Positions 37,663 to 51,170 of a DNA stretch of 64,000 nt are shown piece by piece. The translations under genes and the position numbers were made by a program. Numbering within the stretch: position 1 is the first letter of the stretch; each line of letters begins with the position of its first letter. Origin of the DNA: Octopus vulgaris (Eukaryota); the NCBI GenBank assembly GCA_951406725.2, contig OX597832.1, positions 56,358,001 through 56,422,000 of the forward strand, in the 5' to 3' direction. The notes below the pieces were generated by a model. That model was not told the DNA's origin. It ran no database searches and saw nothing but the letters and a program-made list of their open reading frames with translations.

Positions 37663-37666
<4 letters not shown>
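37013..37666. mobile_element. Tc1/mariner-type MITE interrupted by SINE A
   Basis: aaaagtaggtttacagttatc ... gataattgtaaacctacttttgagccaacctgta TIR pair with TA flanks. Confidence 0.6.
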
Positions 37667-37739
<73 letters not shown>

Positions 37740-38547
37740 CATACTTCACATATATACATATGGGTGTGTCTCTGCAGTTATATATAGATATGGGAGAGAG
37801 CAAGAATAATTATATATGCTTGTGTGTATGTATATTTCTCTCTCTCTCTCTCTCTTTCTTTCTCTCTTTCTATATATATATGTGTGTCTGTGTGAATGAA
37901 AGCATACACAAACACACACACCCACACCACCTATATATGTATGAGTATGTGTATACACACACACACACTTATATATGTATGTATATAAATGCATAACAGG
38001 AGGAATGTGCACATGTGTGTGTATTATGTTTAGGTAAACACACAGACATGTGAGATTTTATAAGAGTGCACATGTGCACAATAGCGTGTGCACACGTGCA
38101 TAACTGTGTGTGTGTGCATATGCATATGCACACTTGCACTTGTTCGTGTGCATAAGAGGAAGGAAAATCTTGAAGGAGAGAGAGCAGGGAAGAGAAGGAG
38201 GGCGCTAGTCTCTCTATAGAATCCTTAAAACGGCTCTAATGGAATGACAATATCTCCATTTCTGATAACCTCATTGGTCTTTTATGGTCTCCTCTATCTT
38301 TCCCTCCCACTTGCAAACACACACACATTCGTGCGCTCGTGCGTATGCACACACAGACAAACACACACACAGACACACACATAAACACACACACACAAAT
38401 ATACAGACACACAGACACACAATTCTAATTTAAAACTATTGGTAAATCTAATTCAGGCACCAGCTTGACCTTGATAGCAGGAATTTATGGCATAAACACT
38501 TAAGACTGTAGCAGAGTCACTGATATCAATGGAGATACATCAACTCA

Positions 38548-38579
<32 letters not shown>

Positions 38580-38787
38580 GTTTTACTCTTTTACTTGTTT
38601 CAGTCATTTGACTGCGGCCATGCTGGAGTACCTTTAGTCGAGCAAATTGACCCCAGGACTTATTCTTTGTAAGCCTAGTACTTATTCTATCGGTTTCTTT
38701 TGCCAAACCACTAAGTTACAGGTATGTAAACACACCAGCATTGGTTGTTAAGCGATGTTGGGGGGACAAACACTGACACATAAATAT

Positions 38788-38836
<49 letters not shown>

Positions 38837-39001
38837 CATATATACGATGGGCTTCTTTCAGTATCTGTCTACCAAATCCACTCACAAGGCTTTGGTCAGC
38901 CCGAGGTTATAGTAGAAGACACTTGCCCAAGGTGCTAGGCAGTAGGACTGAACCTGGAACCATGTGTTTGGTAAGCAAGCTACTTACCACACAGCCACTT
39001 C

Positions 39002-39049
<48 letters not shown>

Positions 39050-39051
<2 letters not shown>

Positions 39052-39320
39052 ATAGAAATGGTAAGACAACAAAAGAATGAAAAAGACCTTGATATTATGT
39101 AAATAGAGGAATTTATCTGTCAATATAATATATGACAGTTATTCAGTAGCCATGATAAAACTCTGAGTCTCAGATGTCGGAATGGAAATCCATGCAGACA
39201 TCTCTTCATCTTGGGCCATCAAAGAAAATGATCGATGGCCCGATAACTGAAGAGATGCCGGTGTGGGTTTCTGCCCCGACATCTGAAACTCCTAGTTTTA
39301 TCATGGCTACTGACAAATCA

Positions 39321-39325
<5 letters not shown>
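39050..39325. mobile_element. Penelope-like fold-back (arms ~39143-39220 / 39234-39313) with a hammerhead at 39242-39302
   Basis: gataa-CTGAAGA-gatgccgg...ccgacatc-t-GAAA-ctcctagt-t-ttatc; same family as 3386-3632. Confidence 0.7.
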
Positions 39326-39359
<34 letters not shown>

Positions 39360-40229
39360 GAATACAAAAAATAGGACAAGAACACAAAACATCCAGACAG
39401 ATGATACAAAAAAGGTACAAGAAAAAACACAGACAGGTTGTTCAAAGTTTTCTTTTCTCAGTCGAGTTCCAGATTATCTTTGCAATTTCGGCTGGTCATA
39501 CTTGAGATTGCTCCAATCTGGCCAGCCCTAAGGGAAAATAAGCTAAGAGCATTAGATTCAGTGGAAGAAAGCAGGGAATGTATATGAAAACAAGGACGGG
39601 AAAAATCAGAGAAATAGTACAAAAATACAAATGCATTCACACATACGTCTATATATCTATATATGTGCGTGCATATGTATGTGTGTGTGTGTATGTGTGC
39701 GTGTGTGTGCATGTACAAATCAGAGAAAATGTTCTCAAAATATTGTCCATTTAATTTATTCAATCATTTAATGTGAATGCTTTGAAGTTTATGGATACAT
39801 ATAAACACACACTCACACACACACACACACACACACACACGTACACACATGCACAAACATACACACGCACAAAGACACACAGAGTTCCAAAACGAACTTG
39901 AAATGCATTGATTAATTCACACAGAACCAGTTTCAGTGCTCAACTTGTTCAAGATATACCGCTCCTTTTGCCTTATATACATACGTACATACATATGCGT
40001 GTGTGTGTGTGCATGTAAATGTATGTATGTATGTATGTATGTATGTATGTATGTGTACATCTTTTATAAACACACACATGCACACACTCACATCTCTCTC
40101 TCTTAATGTGTGTGTGTGTGCCTTTGTGTTTGTGCTTAACCCCATACTACCCCACTACAACTTGACAATCAGAGTTAGTGTGTTCACATTCTGTAACTTA
40201 GCAGTTCAGCAAAAGACACCAATAAAATA

Positions 40230-40498
40230 AATTTTTTAAAGTATATAATTATAAAAATATAATTATAATTAAGGGCTACTGGAAATAACCAGCACCTGGG
40301 CTAGAAGTAGATGTCAAATACCCACAATCTACTCTATTTTCTTGCTCATTCTCTCGTGTTTGACCTGTGGTTGAATATAGAGAACAAATTTTAGAGTAGA
40401 TTGTGGGTATTTGACATCTATTTCTAGCCCAGGTGCTGGTTATTTCCAGTAGCCCTTAATTATAATTATATTTTTATAATTATATACTTTAAAAAATT
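40230..40498. repeat. Near-perfect inverted repeat, arms 40230-40336 / 40392-40498
   Basis: Direct reverse complementarity with about one mismatch; no hammerhead core seen. Confidence 0.9.
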
Positions 40499-40500
40499 AA

Positions 40501-40532
<32 letters not shown>

Positions 40533-40538
<6 letters not shown>

Positions 40539-40938
40539 CAAAACAAGCAACAAGGATATCCAAGGTAGTGTAGTACAATCGTTTCATGCTACTTCATTTT
40601 ATTAAACAATGTAAGTATTACATCAGTTTTGAAATGTAGAACACTCTTCAGCCACATATGGAATTTTCTAAAATTAAATTGACAATGGAATAAGTATAAA
40701 AATGAACATTGTCAATTTAATAAAAAAAAATTCCATATGTGGCCGAAGAGTGCTCTACATTTTAAAACTGATGTAATACTTACATTGTTTAATAAAATGA
40801 AGTAGCATGAAACGATTGTACTACACTACCTTGGATATCATGTTGCTTATTTTGATTATAATCACCCCATTTGATTTATATAGATAATACCATACCAAAT
40901 TCTGGTGCCTTTAACTTAAGTATCATATTCATCTGAAT
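40533..40938. mobile_element. Penelope-like fold-back (arms 40533-40687 / 40707-40860) with long-stem-II hammerheads; relative at 55722-55990
   Basis: Minus 40569-40656 reads tgtgg-CTGAAGA-gtgtt...agcat-GAAA-cgattgt-a-ctaca. The plus arm has ccgaaga. The sister copy retains the perfect ACGATCGT palindrome. Confidence 0.7.
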
Positions 40939-41504
40939 ATATATATGTATAAGGTCTAATAGTGGCTCAAGGCTAGTGATTAAAAGGGTAAGGATGAGGA
41001 GTTAATGGCATCAGTTCTAGTACTTGACAGTTATTTTATTATAGTGACCCTATAAAGATGAAAGGCTAAGTTGACCTTGGCAGCATTTGAACTCAGAACG
41101 TAAAAAAGTCGGAAGACAAACCACAAAGCCACTTTTCCCCATCAACAAAGAATTCTGCTAGCACACTGCCTTTGTATGCATACATACATGTGTGTGTGTG
41201 TGTGTGAATGTGTGTGTGTGTGTATGTGTGTGTGTGCATATGTGTGCATGTGTACATATATATATATGTTAATTTTGACTCAGGCCTGATTAATCAGGTA
41301 TTATTTTGTAGCTTCAAAATTTTTATGATGTGGTTGTATATTTTCAGAATGACATTGAAGTGTAGGTGTGATAGGCCGGATCTGGCTAGCTAGAACATAA
41401 AGCAAGGAGCATATTTGGGCTGGATGTGGCCAGTTTAAATGCTAAAGGATTCAATGTTTGAACAGGAAACTATAGGACTGAAAGGGTTTAAGTTTACAGA
41501 TAGA

Positions 41505-41795
41505 TGCAGTTGTGGCTAGGTACAGGTGTGGCTAGGCACAGGTGTGGCTAGGTACAGGTATGAAAAATCACAGGTGTGGTTAGGTACAGTTGTGGCTAGG
41601 CACAGGTGTGGATAGATACAGGTGTGGCTAGGCACAAGTGTGGCTAGGCACAGGTGTGGCTAGGTACAGGTGTGGATAGATACAGGTGTGACTAGGCACA
41701 AGTGTGGCTAGGCACAGGTGTGGCTAGGTACAGGTGTGGAAAGCACAGGTGTGGCTAAGTACAGGTGTGGCTAGGCATAGGTGTGGCTAGACACA
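41505..41795 (+). repeat. 16-bp minisatellite (ACAGGTGTGGCTAGGY)n, about 17 units, abutting a SINE A head
   Basis: Tandem units visible directly. Confidence 0.9.
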
Positions 41796-41971
41796 AGTAT
41801 GGTCATGTGGTTGAAAAACTTGCTTCTCAACATTGTGGTCCTAGGTTCAGTCTCACTGAAGAGCACCTTGGGTAAGCATCTTGTCCTACTATAGCCCTGA
41901 TCTGACCAAAGCTTTGGGAGGGAATTTGGTAGACAGAAGCTGAGAGAAACTCCTTGTAAATATGTGTTGTA

Positions 41972-42003
<32 letters not shown>

Positions 42004-42062
42004 TGGGTGAAGGTATGTGTGAAAGTGTGTGTTAGAGAGAGGGAAAAGAGAGAGAGAGAGAG

Positions 42063-42097
<35 letters not shown>

Positions 42098-42359
42098 ATG
42101 TGTATATCCTTGTCTTGAGATCTCATGATGGTTGTAAATAAGTGTCACCATCATACAAGTGAGGTTGTTCATTTCCAGCGTTTTGTGACAAATATAATTA
42201 GCCATAGAAAACATTAACTTGCTTGGCAACAACAGGTGAGGATTAGTGACAGGAAGAGCATCCCAGCATAGAAAAGGCTGCTTCAACACATTCACTCTGA
42301 CCCATGCAAACAAGGAAAAATGTAAGTTAAACGGCAATAACAAATTATGATGATGTGTA

Positions 42360-42870
42360 TTTCGAAGCACTAGACACCATAATCTTTTCTATTGATCTCC
42401 ACTTTGATCAGGCAAGGCACACGATACATTTAAGGCTGGCGACATTTACTTCTAAAGGTGACCAACAAAGAGAACCATGTCCATCTGACATAAATTATTT
42501 GATAGTTCAATTTCTGATATTTGAAGTTTCTCAGAGCAATAACTCCATTTGCTGTTTGGCAGACATTGTAAGCTAGCTGAATGCAAAAAGTAGCCAATTG
42601 CAAGCATTTGATATCAAAGATTTGTTCAATTTTCCCACTTTTACTGGTAATTCCGGAAACATATTCTACAGCTGAATGAACATTTCCTCCTGCAGTAAGA
42701 TGATTAAAGACATGTCTTTGGTCAAAAATGACACAAGCAAAATTAAATTCTCTAGTTTTACATCCATGTAACAAAGAACAAACAGAAATGGTAAATCTGA
42801 TTGCAAGTTGCTGCACAATTTGATTTCCTAGAATGAGAAGTTGCAAAAGAATCTGGTAGATTCTGACTGA
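42360..42870 (+). pseudogene. hAT transposase C-terminal dimerisation-domain relic
   Basis: LLLVIPETYSTAE*TF...KTCLWSKMTQAKLNSLVLH...KEQTEMVNLIA, matching the hATC consensus TxxxAERxFS...LRSxMxQxRLxxL. Confidence 0.8.
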
Positions 42871-44609
42871 CGGATGATAAAAATGTGTTCAATAATGACA
42901 TTACAAGTCAAATAACTTGTAGGAACACCAGATTTTGTTATGCAAGCATAATATACTACTATCAAATATATTAAAGGCCTTATAAGTCAATATTGCGTCT
43001 TACCATGTTAGCAGTGCTACTAAATCACCTTTAGAGATTATTTTTCATCTTTTATTGGTTTCATTCATTAGATTGCAGCCATGCTGGAGCACTGCCTTGA
43101 AAAACTTTTAGTCGAATCTCCACACATCCTCTATAGAAATTATATCCAACTCTAGGCACAGGAGTGGCTGTGTGGTAAGTAGCTTGCTTACCAACCACAT
43201 GGTTCTGGGTTCAGTCCCACTGCGTGGCACCTTGGGCAAGTGTCTTCTACTATAGCCTCGGGCCGACCAAAGCCTTGTGAGTGGATTTGGCAGACGGAAA
43301 CTGAAAGAAGCCCGTCGTATATATGTATATATATGTGTGTGTGTGTGTGTTTGTGTGTCTGTGTTTGCCCTCCCCCCAACATCGCTTGACAACCGATGCT
43401 GGTGTGTTTACATCCCCATAACTTAGCAGTTCGGCAAAAGAGACTGATAGATTAAGTATTAGACTTACAAATGATAAGTCCTGGGGTCAATTTCCTCGAC
43501 CAAAGGCGATACTCCAGCATGGCCACAGTCAAATGACTGAAACAAGTAAAAGAGTAAAAGAGTAACACTGACTTTGCGACAATATTTCAATTCTGAATAC
43601 ATCTGAAAAGTTCTTGGTTTTGGGTAAAAGAAAATACAGGAGGATCAATTAATTACGATTTTATTCAACATTATTCTCCTCTCAGATTCACACACTTATT
43701 GCAGCGGTCCTTCAGTTTTTCTAAGCCCTGTAAAAGAACACAGAATGCAAAAAGGCCTCCTACCAGGCCTTTTGTGATAACCAAAAGTCAGGAACTTTTC
43801 AGCACCCCCTTGTACATACTTGTATTCATACATATATAATTACCTATGTAGAACTTAGATACAATCTTATACACATTTATTTATTTATCTATTTATTTAT
43901 GTGGATTTAATGTAGATTTAACGTACAGCTGGACTTTACAGGATCAATATTTTCATTGGACAACTAGTGTAAAGGCTGGTCGATCACATCCTACGCTGTG
44001 TCTAATGTCAAGACACTTAAATGACAAACAACCCTGTTGACCTCTCTGTAAACATACACAACAGAGCTGGGATACACAACATATTCCTGTAAGAGACAAT
44101 GGTGAGTGGGGAAGGCCTCTGTGCTGTCTCTTGATCTGCTAGAAATAGATGCTCATGATCAAATGTATGTGCTGTGCATTAGCTTACTCCCTCTATCAAA
44201 TCAATGTTGTCCGAGCAGTGTCAAAGTGATTACAGAGCAAAGTGAAATGAAGTGTTTTGCTCAAGAACACAACACACTACCTGGTCTGGGAATTGAAACC
44301 AAGATCTCGCGATCATGGGTGCGACACCCTGACCACCAGCCATGCTCCCTCATAATAACAACAACAACCATAATAATAATCCTTTCTACTAAAGGCACAA
44401 TGCCTGAAATTTTTTGGGGAGGGGACTAGTCGATTACCATTGGTCCCAGCGTTTCACTGGTACTTAATTTATCAGCCCCGAAAGGATGAAAGGCAAAATC
44501 GACCTTGGCGGAATTTGAACTCAGGACATAAAGATGGACAAAATGCCACTAAGCATTTTACCCAGCATGCTAACGATTCCGCCAGGTTACTGCCTTAATA
44601 ATAATAATG

Positions 44610-44647
<38 letters not shown>

Positions 44648-45322
44648 TCAATCTTTTATTGGCCACAAGGGCTCACTTAAAATTACATTAAAAGACATAC
44701 AACATAAAAGACAAAAACAGGATGATACAATGGGTTTTACAATGTATAAACAATATAAATAACAATTATAAATTAAACAATTTAAAAATCCCAATAGGGG
44801 AGGCGCTTTAAGGTCCTTGTGGAAAACCCCACAAAAGCCCCAGGTGCCTGAACAACAGGGCAAAAGCCCTTCTTTCTTTTACAGGTGCATGCTCAGAATT
44901 AATCCTTTCACACTGGCCATTCTTCCAACATTCACCCACCTTTCAACAGACTTGCTACAAGGCAGCACTTCCCTCTCCACCCTCAACTTCCTTTTCAAGT
45001 GAAACTTGATAATGTTGATGAGGGCTTGGCCAAAAAGGAAAGTGTCTGTCTTTAGCCCTTTCAAACAGGTTCACCATACTGCTTCTTTCGCTACAGCCAC
45101 TAGACAAATAAAAATTGTCTGTCCCTCCTGGCCAAAAGAGGGTGGTGGATTAATCCTCACAGTGGATTCAGCTGATAGCCAGATCCATCCCACATGCGAC
45201 AGCAGATGTTCAACATAAACCCACAGGTCAGCAATACTCGGGCACTGGTTTCATTGTTCTGGGCGCACCTCGTAAAGTTTGTCCTGAACAGGCAGTGCCC
45301 CTCGGTAGCACTGCCAGGCAAG
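44648..45322 (-). mobile_element. Tx1/L1-like LINE 3' end inserted in (TAA)n
   Basis: LAWQCYRGALPVQDKL...QCPSIADLW...AVAKEAVW...KFHLKRKLRVEREVL (zf-RVT-like C-terminus), then a 3' UTR with AATAAA before the microsatellite. Confidence 0.75.
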
Positions 45323-46246
45323 TCAACCCCAGTGTAATTTGAACTCAGAACATAGCAACAGGCTAAATACTGCGAAGCACTTCACCCGGCATGCTAACGG
45401 TTCTGCCAGATCACCACCATAATAATGAAAAAATAATAATTATTATTTCAAATCTTTGCCACAAAGTGGTACTTATTTTATCAACCCTGAAAGGATAAAA
45501 GTTAAAGTTGACCTTGGCAGAATTTGAACTCAGAACACAGTGACGAGCAAAATACCTATTTTTTTACTACCTACAAGGGGCTAAACACAGAGAGGACAAA
45601 CAAACGGATTAAGTCGATTATATCGACCCCAGTGCGTAACTGATACTTATTTATACGATCCCAAAAGGATGGAAGGCAAAGTTGACCTCGGAAGAATTTG
45701 AACTGAAAACATAGTAGCAGACGAAATACCATTGAGCATTTCGCCTGGCGTGCTAACGTTTCTGCCAGCTCGCTGCCTTATGCCGCCAAGCATTTCATCC
45801 AGTGTGCTAACAATTCTGCCAGTTCATTACCTTAATGATGATGATGATGACGACGACGAAGATGATGAACTTATTTTTTGCAGGGCTCAAGTGTACTACA
45901 ACTTTTTAAAACAAAGATTAGAAGGTGTGACAGGAAGTGGCCATAAATCAAGGAAAGAAAGACAGCAATGGAAGCTGGAAATCTTGTGCAAAGTACACAG
46001 AATAAAGCACGTAAAAAGAGGGAAAAAAAAACATGAAGAATAAAAGAGCCATGAAGAGGAGTAGAGAGTGCACAGGTAGTCGAGAACAGCGTTGATGAAT
46101 TTCAGAAAGAATGGAATGTTTGAAGGGATCAGTGTCCTGATGTAACCCAACCTGGGTACTCTTCTTTCATTCACCTCAACCAACAGACACAATCTATCTC
46201 AAGTTACATAATCTAATGTTCTTTCTTTTGTTTTGTTTTCTTGCAG

Positions 46247-46282
46247 TGAATATAACAACCTGCAAAGAAAGGAAGCCAGCAG
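46247..46282 (+). CDS. Candidate 36-nt frame-preserving microexon of an unidentified gene
   Basis: Branch-like ctaat (46213-46217), strong pyrimidine tract ...ttttcttgcag|, donor cag|gtaaac. Open in two frames (EYNNLQRKEAS or NITTCKERKPA). Confidence 0.45.
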
Positions 46283-47731
46283 GTAAACGATACCTGAACA
46301 TAATACACTTTACTCTTTACTCTTTTACTTGTTTCTGTCATTTGACTGCGGCCATGCTGGAGCACCGCCTTTAGTCAAGCAAATCGACCCCAGGACTTAT
46401 TCTTTGTAAGCCCAGTACTTATTCTATCGGTCTCTTTTTGCCGAACCGCTAAGTGACGGAGACGTAAACACACCAGCATCGGTTGTCAAGCAATGCTAGG
46501 GGAACAAACACAGACACACAAACATACACATACATATACATATATATACATATATACGACAGGCTTCTTTCAGTTTCCGTCTACCAAATCCACTCACAAG
46601 GCATTGGTTGGCCCGGGGCTATAGCAGAAGACACTTGCCCAAGATGCCACACAGTGGGACTGAACCCGGAACCATGTGGTTGGTTAGCAAGCTACTTACC
46701 ACACAGCCACTCCTGTGCCAATCTTTGCTTCAGTTATTTAAGAGTTGAATTTTAGAGGTGGTCTTTTAGTTTAGTACCCCACATTGCCTGTCGTCGGTCA
46801 ACAGGTTGTAGCATGTTGTTTGGTGGTTGATAAAGATATTTTTTTCCCCTCAAAGATTCTGTTTTTAAGTATATTTTGTCTTGCAATAAAGATGTGATGT
46901 TACGGTTTCAAAATGTTTAGTTCTATGTATTATTTTGACTCTTTACGCTCTGAGTTCAAATCCTGCTGAGATCAACTTTGCCTTTCATTCTTCCAGGGTC
47001 AACTAACCAATTAAAATTACTGGCTTTGTGCAAAAATTTGAAACAATTATTCTTTGAGTCGAGGCTCATCATGCACACGCACACACACACACAAACACAT
47101 ACATGCATACATAAACAAACATACATACACATACACACACATGCACACACAAACACATACACACACACAGATGTATTGTGTTTGTATGTATGGATATGTA
47201 TTGATGTGTATCTCCATATATATATATATATTTATATTTATATATATATAGATAGATATTTATATATATATATACTCTTTCTCTTTACTCTTTTACTTGT
47301 TTCAGTCATTTGACTGCGGCCATGCTGGAGCACCGCCTTTAGTCGAGCAAATCGACCCCAGGACTTATTCTTTGTAAGCCCAGTACTTATTCTATCGGTC
47401 TCTTTTGCCGAACCGCTAAGTGACGGGGACGTAAACACACCAGCATCGGTTGTCAAGCAATGCTAGGGGGACAAACACAGACACACAAACATATACACAC
47501 ACACTTATATATATATACATATATACGACAGGCTTCTTTCAGTTTCCGTCTACCAAATCCACTCACAAGGCATTGGTCGGCCCGGGGCTATAGCAGAAGA
47601 CACTTGCCCAAGATGCCACGCAGTGGGACTGAACCCGGAACCATGTGGTTGGTTAGCAAGCTACTTACCACACAGCCACTCCTGCGCCTATATGTATATA
47701 TATATATATATACATATATATGTATGTGTAT

Positions 47732-47773
<42 letters not shown>

Positions 47774-47889
47774 TATATATTGGTAAAAACAGTAAGATAA
47801 CAAAAGAAAGAAAGCGACCTCAATATTATATAAATAGAGGAAATTTATCTGTAAAATAATATATGTTTTCCACCTCGTCATCCGAAACT

Positions 47890-47961
<72 letters not shown>

Positions 47962-48539
47962 TATGCGCATACTTGCATAAGAGCCTAGAAATGCTAAGAT
48001 TTTCTTAGAGAATGCAAGTGTCAGATACTTGCCTTCCAAATCCAATCTATTAGCAGCTTGGTGCCATTTCAAAAATTCTCCATCTGAGATTCTGTGAACA
48101 GATTCACTCATACACTTGGTTGTGTATATCGACAAGGACACACATCTAAATATTAAAGAGACATATTCACACTATTTGGAAGTACAGGTGTATAAGTACA
48201 GGTGTACATACCACCAACCATAAGTACAGGTGTATATACCTTCATATACACACACACAGACTCGACTACATATTTATGTATTTACAAACCTTGCAAACTG
48301 TCTTAACTTGAAAAGTCTTGCTACTTTATTAATGACTTGAATTCTGTCGAGCATGAAGCATGAAGAAAATGGGCGTGGCTGTGTGGTAAGAAGTTTGCTC
48401 CCCAATCACATGGTTCTGGGTTCAATTCTACTGTGTGGCACCTTGGGCAAGTATATCTTCTGCTATAGTCCCAGAGCCAACCAAAGCCTTGTGTGTGGAT
48501 TTGGTAGACGGAAACTGGAAGAAGCCCATCATACATACA

Positions 48540-49344
48540 TATATATGCGTGTGTGTGTGCGTGTGTTCATGTGTGTGTGTGTTTATGTGTGTGCATGTGC
48601 ATATGTTCGTGTGTGTGTGTGTGTGCAAAAATGAATGTGTGAGAGTGTTTGTGAGTGTGTAAGTTTGTGTGTATGAGTGCATTTGTCTGAGTGTAAGTGA
48701 ATATGTGAGCATGAGTGAGTAAGTGAGTGTGTGTATGCATGTGTGTCTGTGAAAGTGTGTGTGTGTTTGTGCATGAGTGTATGCGCGTCTGTGTGTAAGT
48801 ACATGTGTGAGTGTGTGTCTGTCTGAGTGAGGGTGTATGTAAACATGTGAGCGATAGTGTGTGCACGTGTATCATTCTATATTTAAGCAGATCAGTTTGC
48901 AATATGCATTTACAGCATTGTATGTGCATATATGTATGCATGCATGTATGTATACATGTGTGTGAGTAATGCATCAGAGGTAGAAAGACAGATAAAGAGA
49001 GAGAGAGAAAGAGCGAGGTATGACTAAAAATATATGTCATCAATATCTATAATTGGCTCTGACAGAGAATGTTATTATCAATATTTTATTTATCAATATT
49101 TTTCGTAGAGATATTGATGCAGTCGCTCATGCGTGAAGTCTTTTGGCTGATTCTGATGGCTGTCTTTGCTTTCTTTCTGTTTTTTTTTTTTATCAGGGAT
49201 GAGGTTGATTTTGATTGAGTTAATACCTTCCATCCTTGACACCCTCTACTGAAGAAGCTATTTAAATATATAAGCCGGTGCTCCAGAATGGCTACAGTCC
49301 AGCAACTGAAACCAGGGAAACAATAAAAGGATATATATATGCAC

Positions 49345-49404
<60 letters not shown>

Positions 49405-49436
49405 GTGTGTGTGTGTGTGTATGCAAAAACACACAC

Positions 49437-49474
<38 letters not shown>

Positions 49475-51170
49475 CTTTTGCTCTCTTTTAATTTTTTCAG
49501 TCATTTGACTGTGGCTATGCTGGAGCACCGCCTTTAGTCGAGCAAATTGACTCCAGGACTTATTCTTTGTAAGCCTAGAACTTATTCTATCGGTCATTTT
49601 GCCCGTGGACGTAATCACACCAGCATCGGTTGTCAAGCAATGTTAGGGGGGAGACAAACACAGACACACAAACATACATATACACAGATACACACACATA
49701 CATATATATATACATATATACGACAGGCTTCTTTCAATTTCCTTCTACCAAATCCACTCACAAGGCTTTGGTCGGCCTGAAGCTATAGTAGAAGACACTT
49801 GCCCAAGGTGCCATGCAGTGGGACTGAACCCAGCACCATGTGGTTCGTAAGCAAGCTACTTACCACACACATATATATCATCATCATCATCATCTGACAT
49901 CTGTTTATCTGTTTTCCATGCTGGCATGGGTTATACACATATGCATATGTGTATATATGCATATATATGTGTGTATGTGTGTGTTTGTTTGTGTGTGTGT
50001 GAGCACAAATATACATATATATACACACATGCATCCATATACATATATACTTGCATACATACACAGTGTGTGTGTGTATGTGTGTGGGGATGTATTGATT
50101 TGAGTATGTATGAGAAAACAAATACAAGCAAGTGTGCATGTGTGTGTCTGTGCATGTCTGTGTGTGTATCTGTGTACGTGTGTAAGTCTGAGCATGCGTG
50201 TGTGTGTCTGTGCAAGTGTGTGAGTCTGTGCATGTGTGCGAGTATATGTGTGTGTTTGATATCCATGTGTGGAGAGGGAGAGTGGGAGAGAGAACGAGAG
50301 AGAGAGAAATGAGGGAGAGAGGTGAGAGAGAGCAAAGTGATGGAGAGCGGTGACAGAGAGAGAGTGGGGGGTGACAGAGAGGTGAAGGAAAAAGAGAGGA
50401 GAGAGAGAGAGAGAGAGATAGAAAAGTGATTTTGCATTAGTCTTTGAAACAGAGAAAGGTGTATGTGCAGATATATGCATCAACGATCGATCGTCACTGA
50501 GATTGATAGGCAAGCTGACAGGCAGACAGGCAGGCTGACAGGCAGACAGGCAGACAGACAGGCAGACAGACAGGCAGACAGACAGATATACAGGTCTGAT
50601 AGAGAGTCTTATTTAAGTTGTATGCTCGGAATAAAATAGGATATATTAGTATATATACATATGTAAATGATGTAGAGTTAAGGTGTGTAAGGTGTATATG
50701 AGAATTTGTGTGTGTGTGTGTGTCGTGTTCAAAATAGAACAGGTATATTTGCACACGTGTTTGAGTGTGAGAAAAAGATCTAATTACAAAGAGAGCTTGT
50801 GTGCGGTTGAAAATATAACTAGCTGAATGTGTGTGCTTGTGTGTGTTTGCGTGTGTGTGTGCGTGTGTGCATGTGTGTATGTGTGTGTGTGAGGTTGGTA
50901 AATGAGGGAAAAAGACTAACAAGTTGTGTGTGTGTGTGTGTGTGTGTGTATTTTGTTTTTAGTGGAACAGCTAATTGTTCACAACTTTATGTATATGTGT
51001 GTACATGCATCTGTGTGTGTGTGTGAGTATGTGTACATGTGGAGAAAGAGAGACAGAGAGAAAGTGTAAGAAAGACAGAGAGAAAGTGTAAGAGAGACAG
51101 AGAGAAAGATTAAGATAGACAGAGAGACAGAGTAAGCAGGAGACAGAGAAAGAGAGAGAGAGTGGCAAAA
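48540..51170. repeat. Large compound (TG)n/(TA)n/(AG)n/(CAGA)n low-complexity region
   Basis: Visible directly; source of many spurious ORFs. Confidence 0.9.

Noticed and set aside
41505-41795. CRISPR-like array
   Set aside because: Contiguous tandem units with no unique spacers, no cas genes, eukaryotic context.
42430-42846. 138-aa minus-strand ORF
   Set aside because: Antisense shadow of the plus-strand hAT transposase relic.
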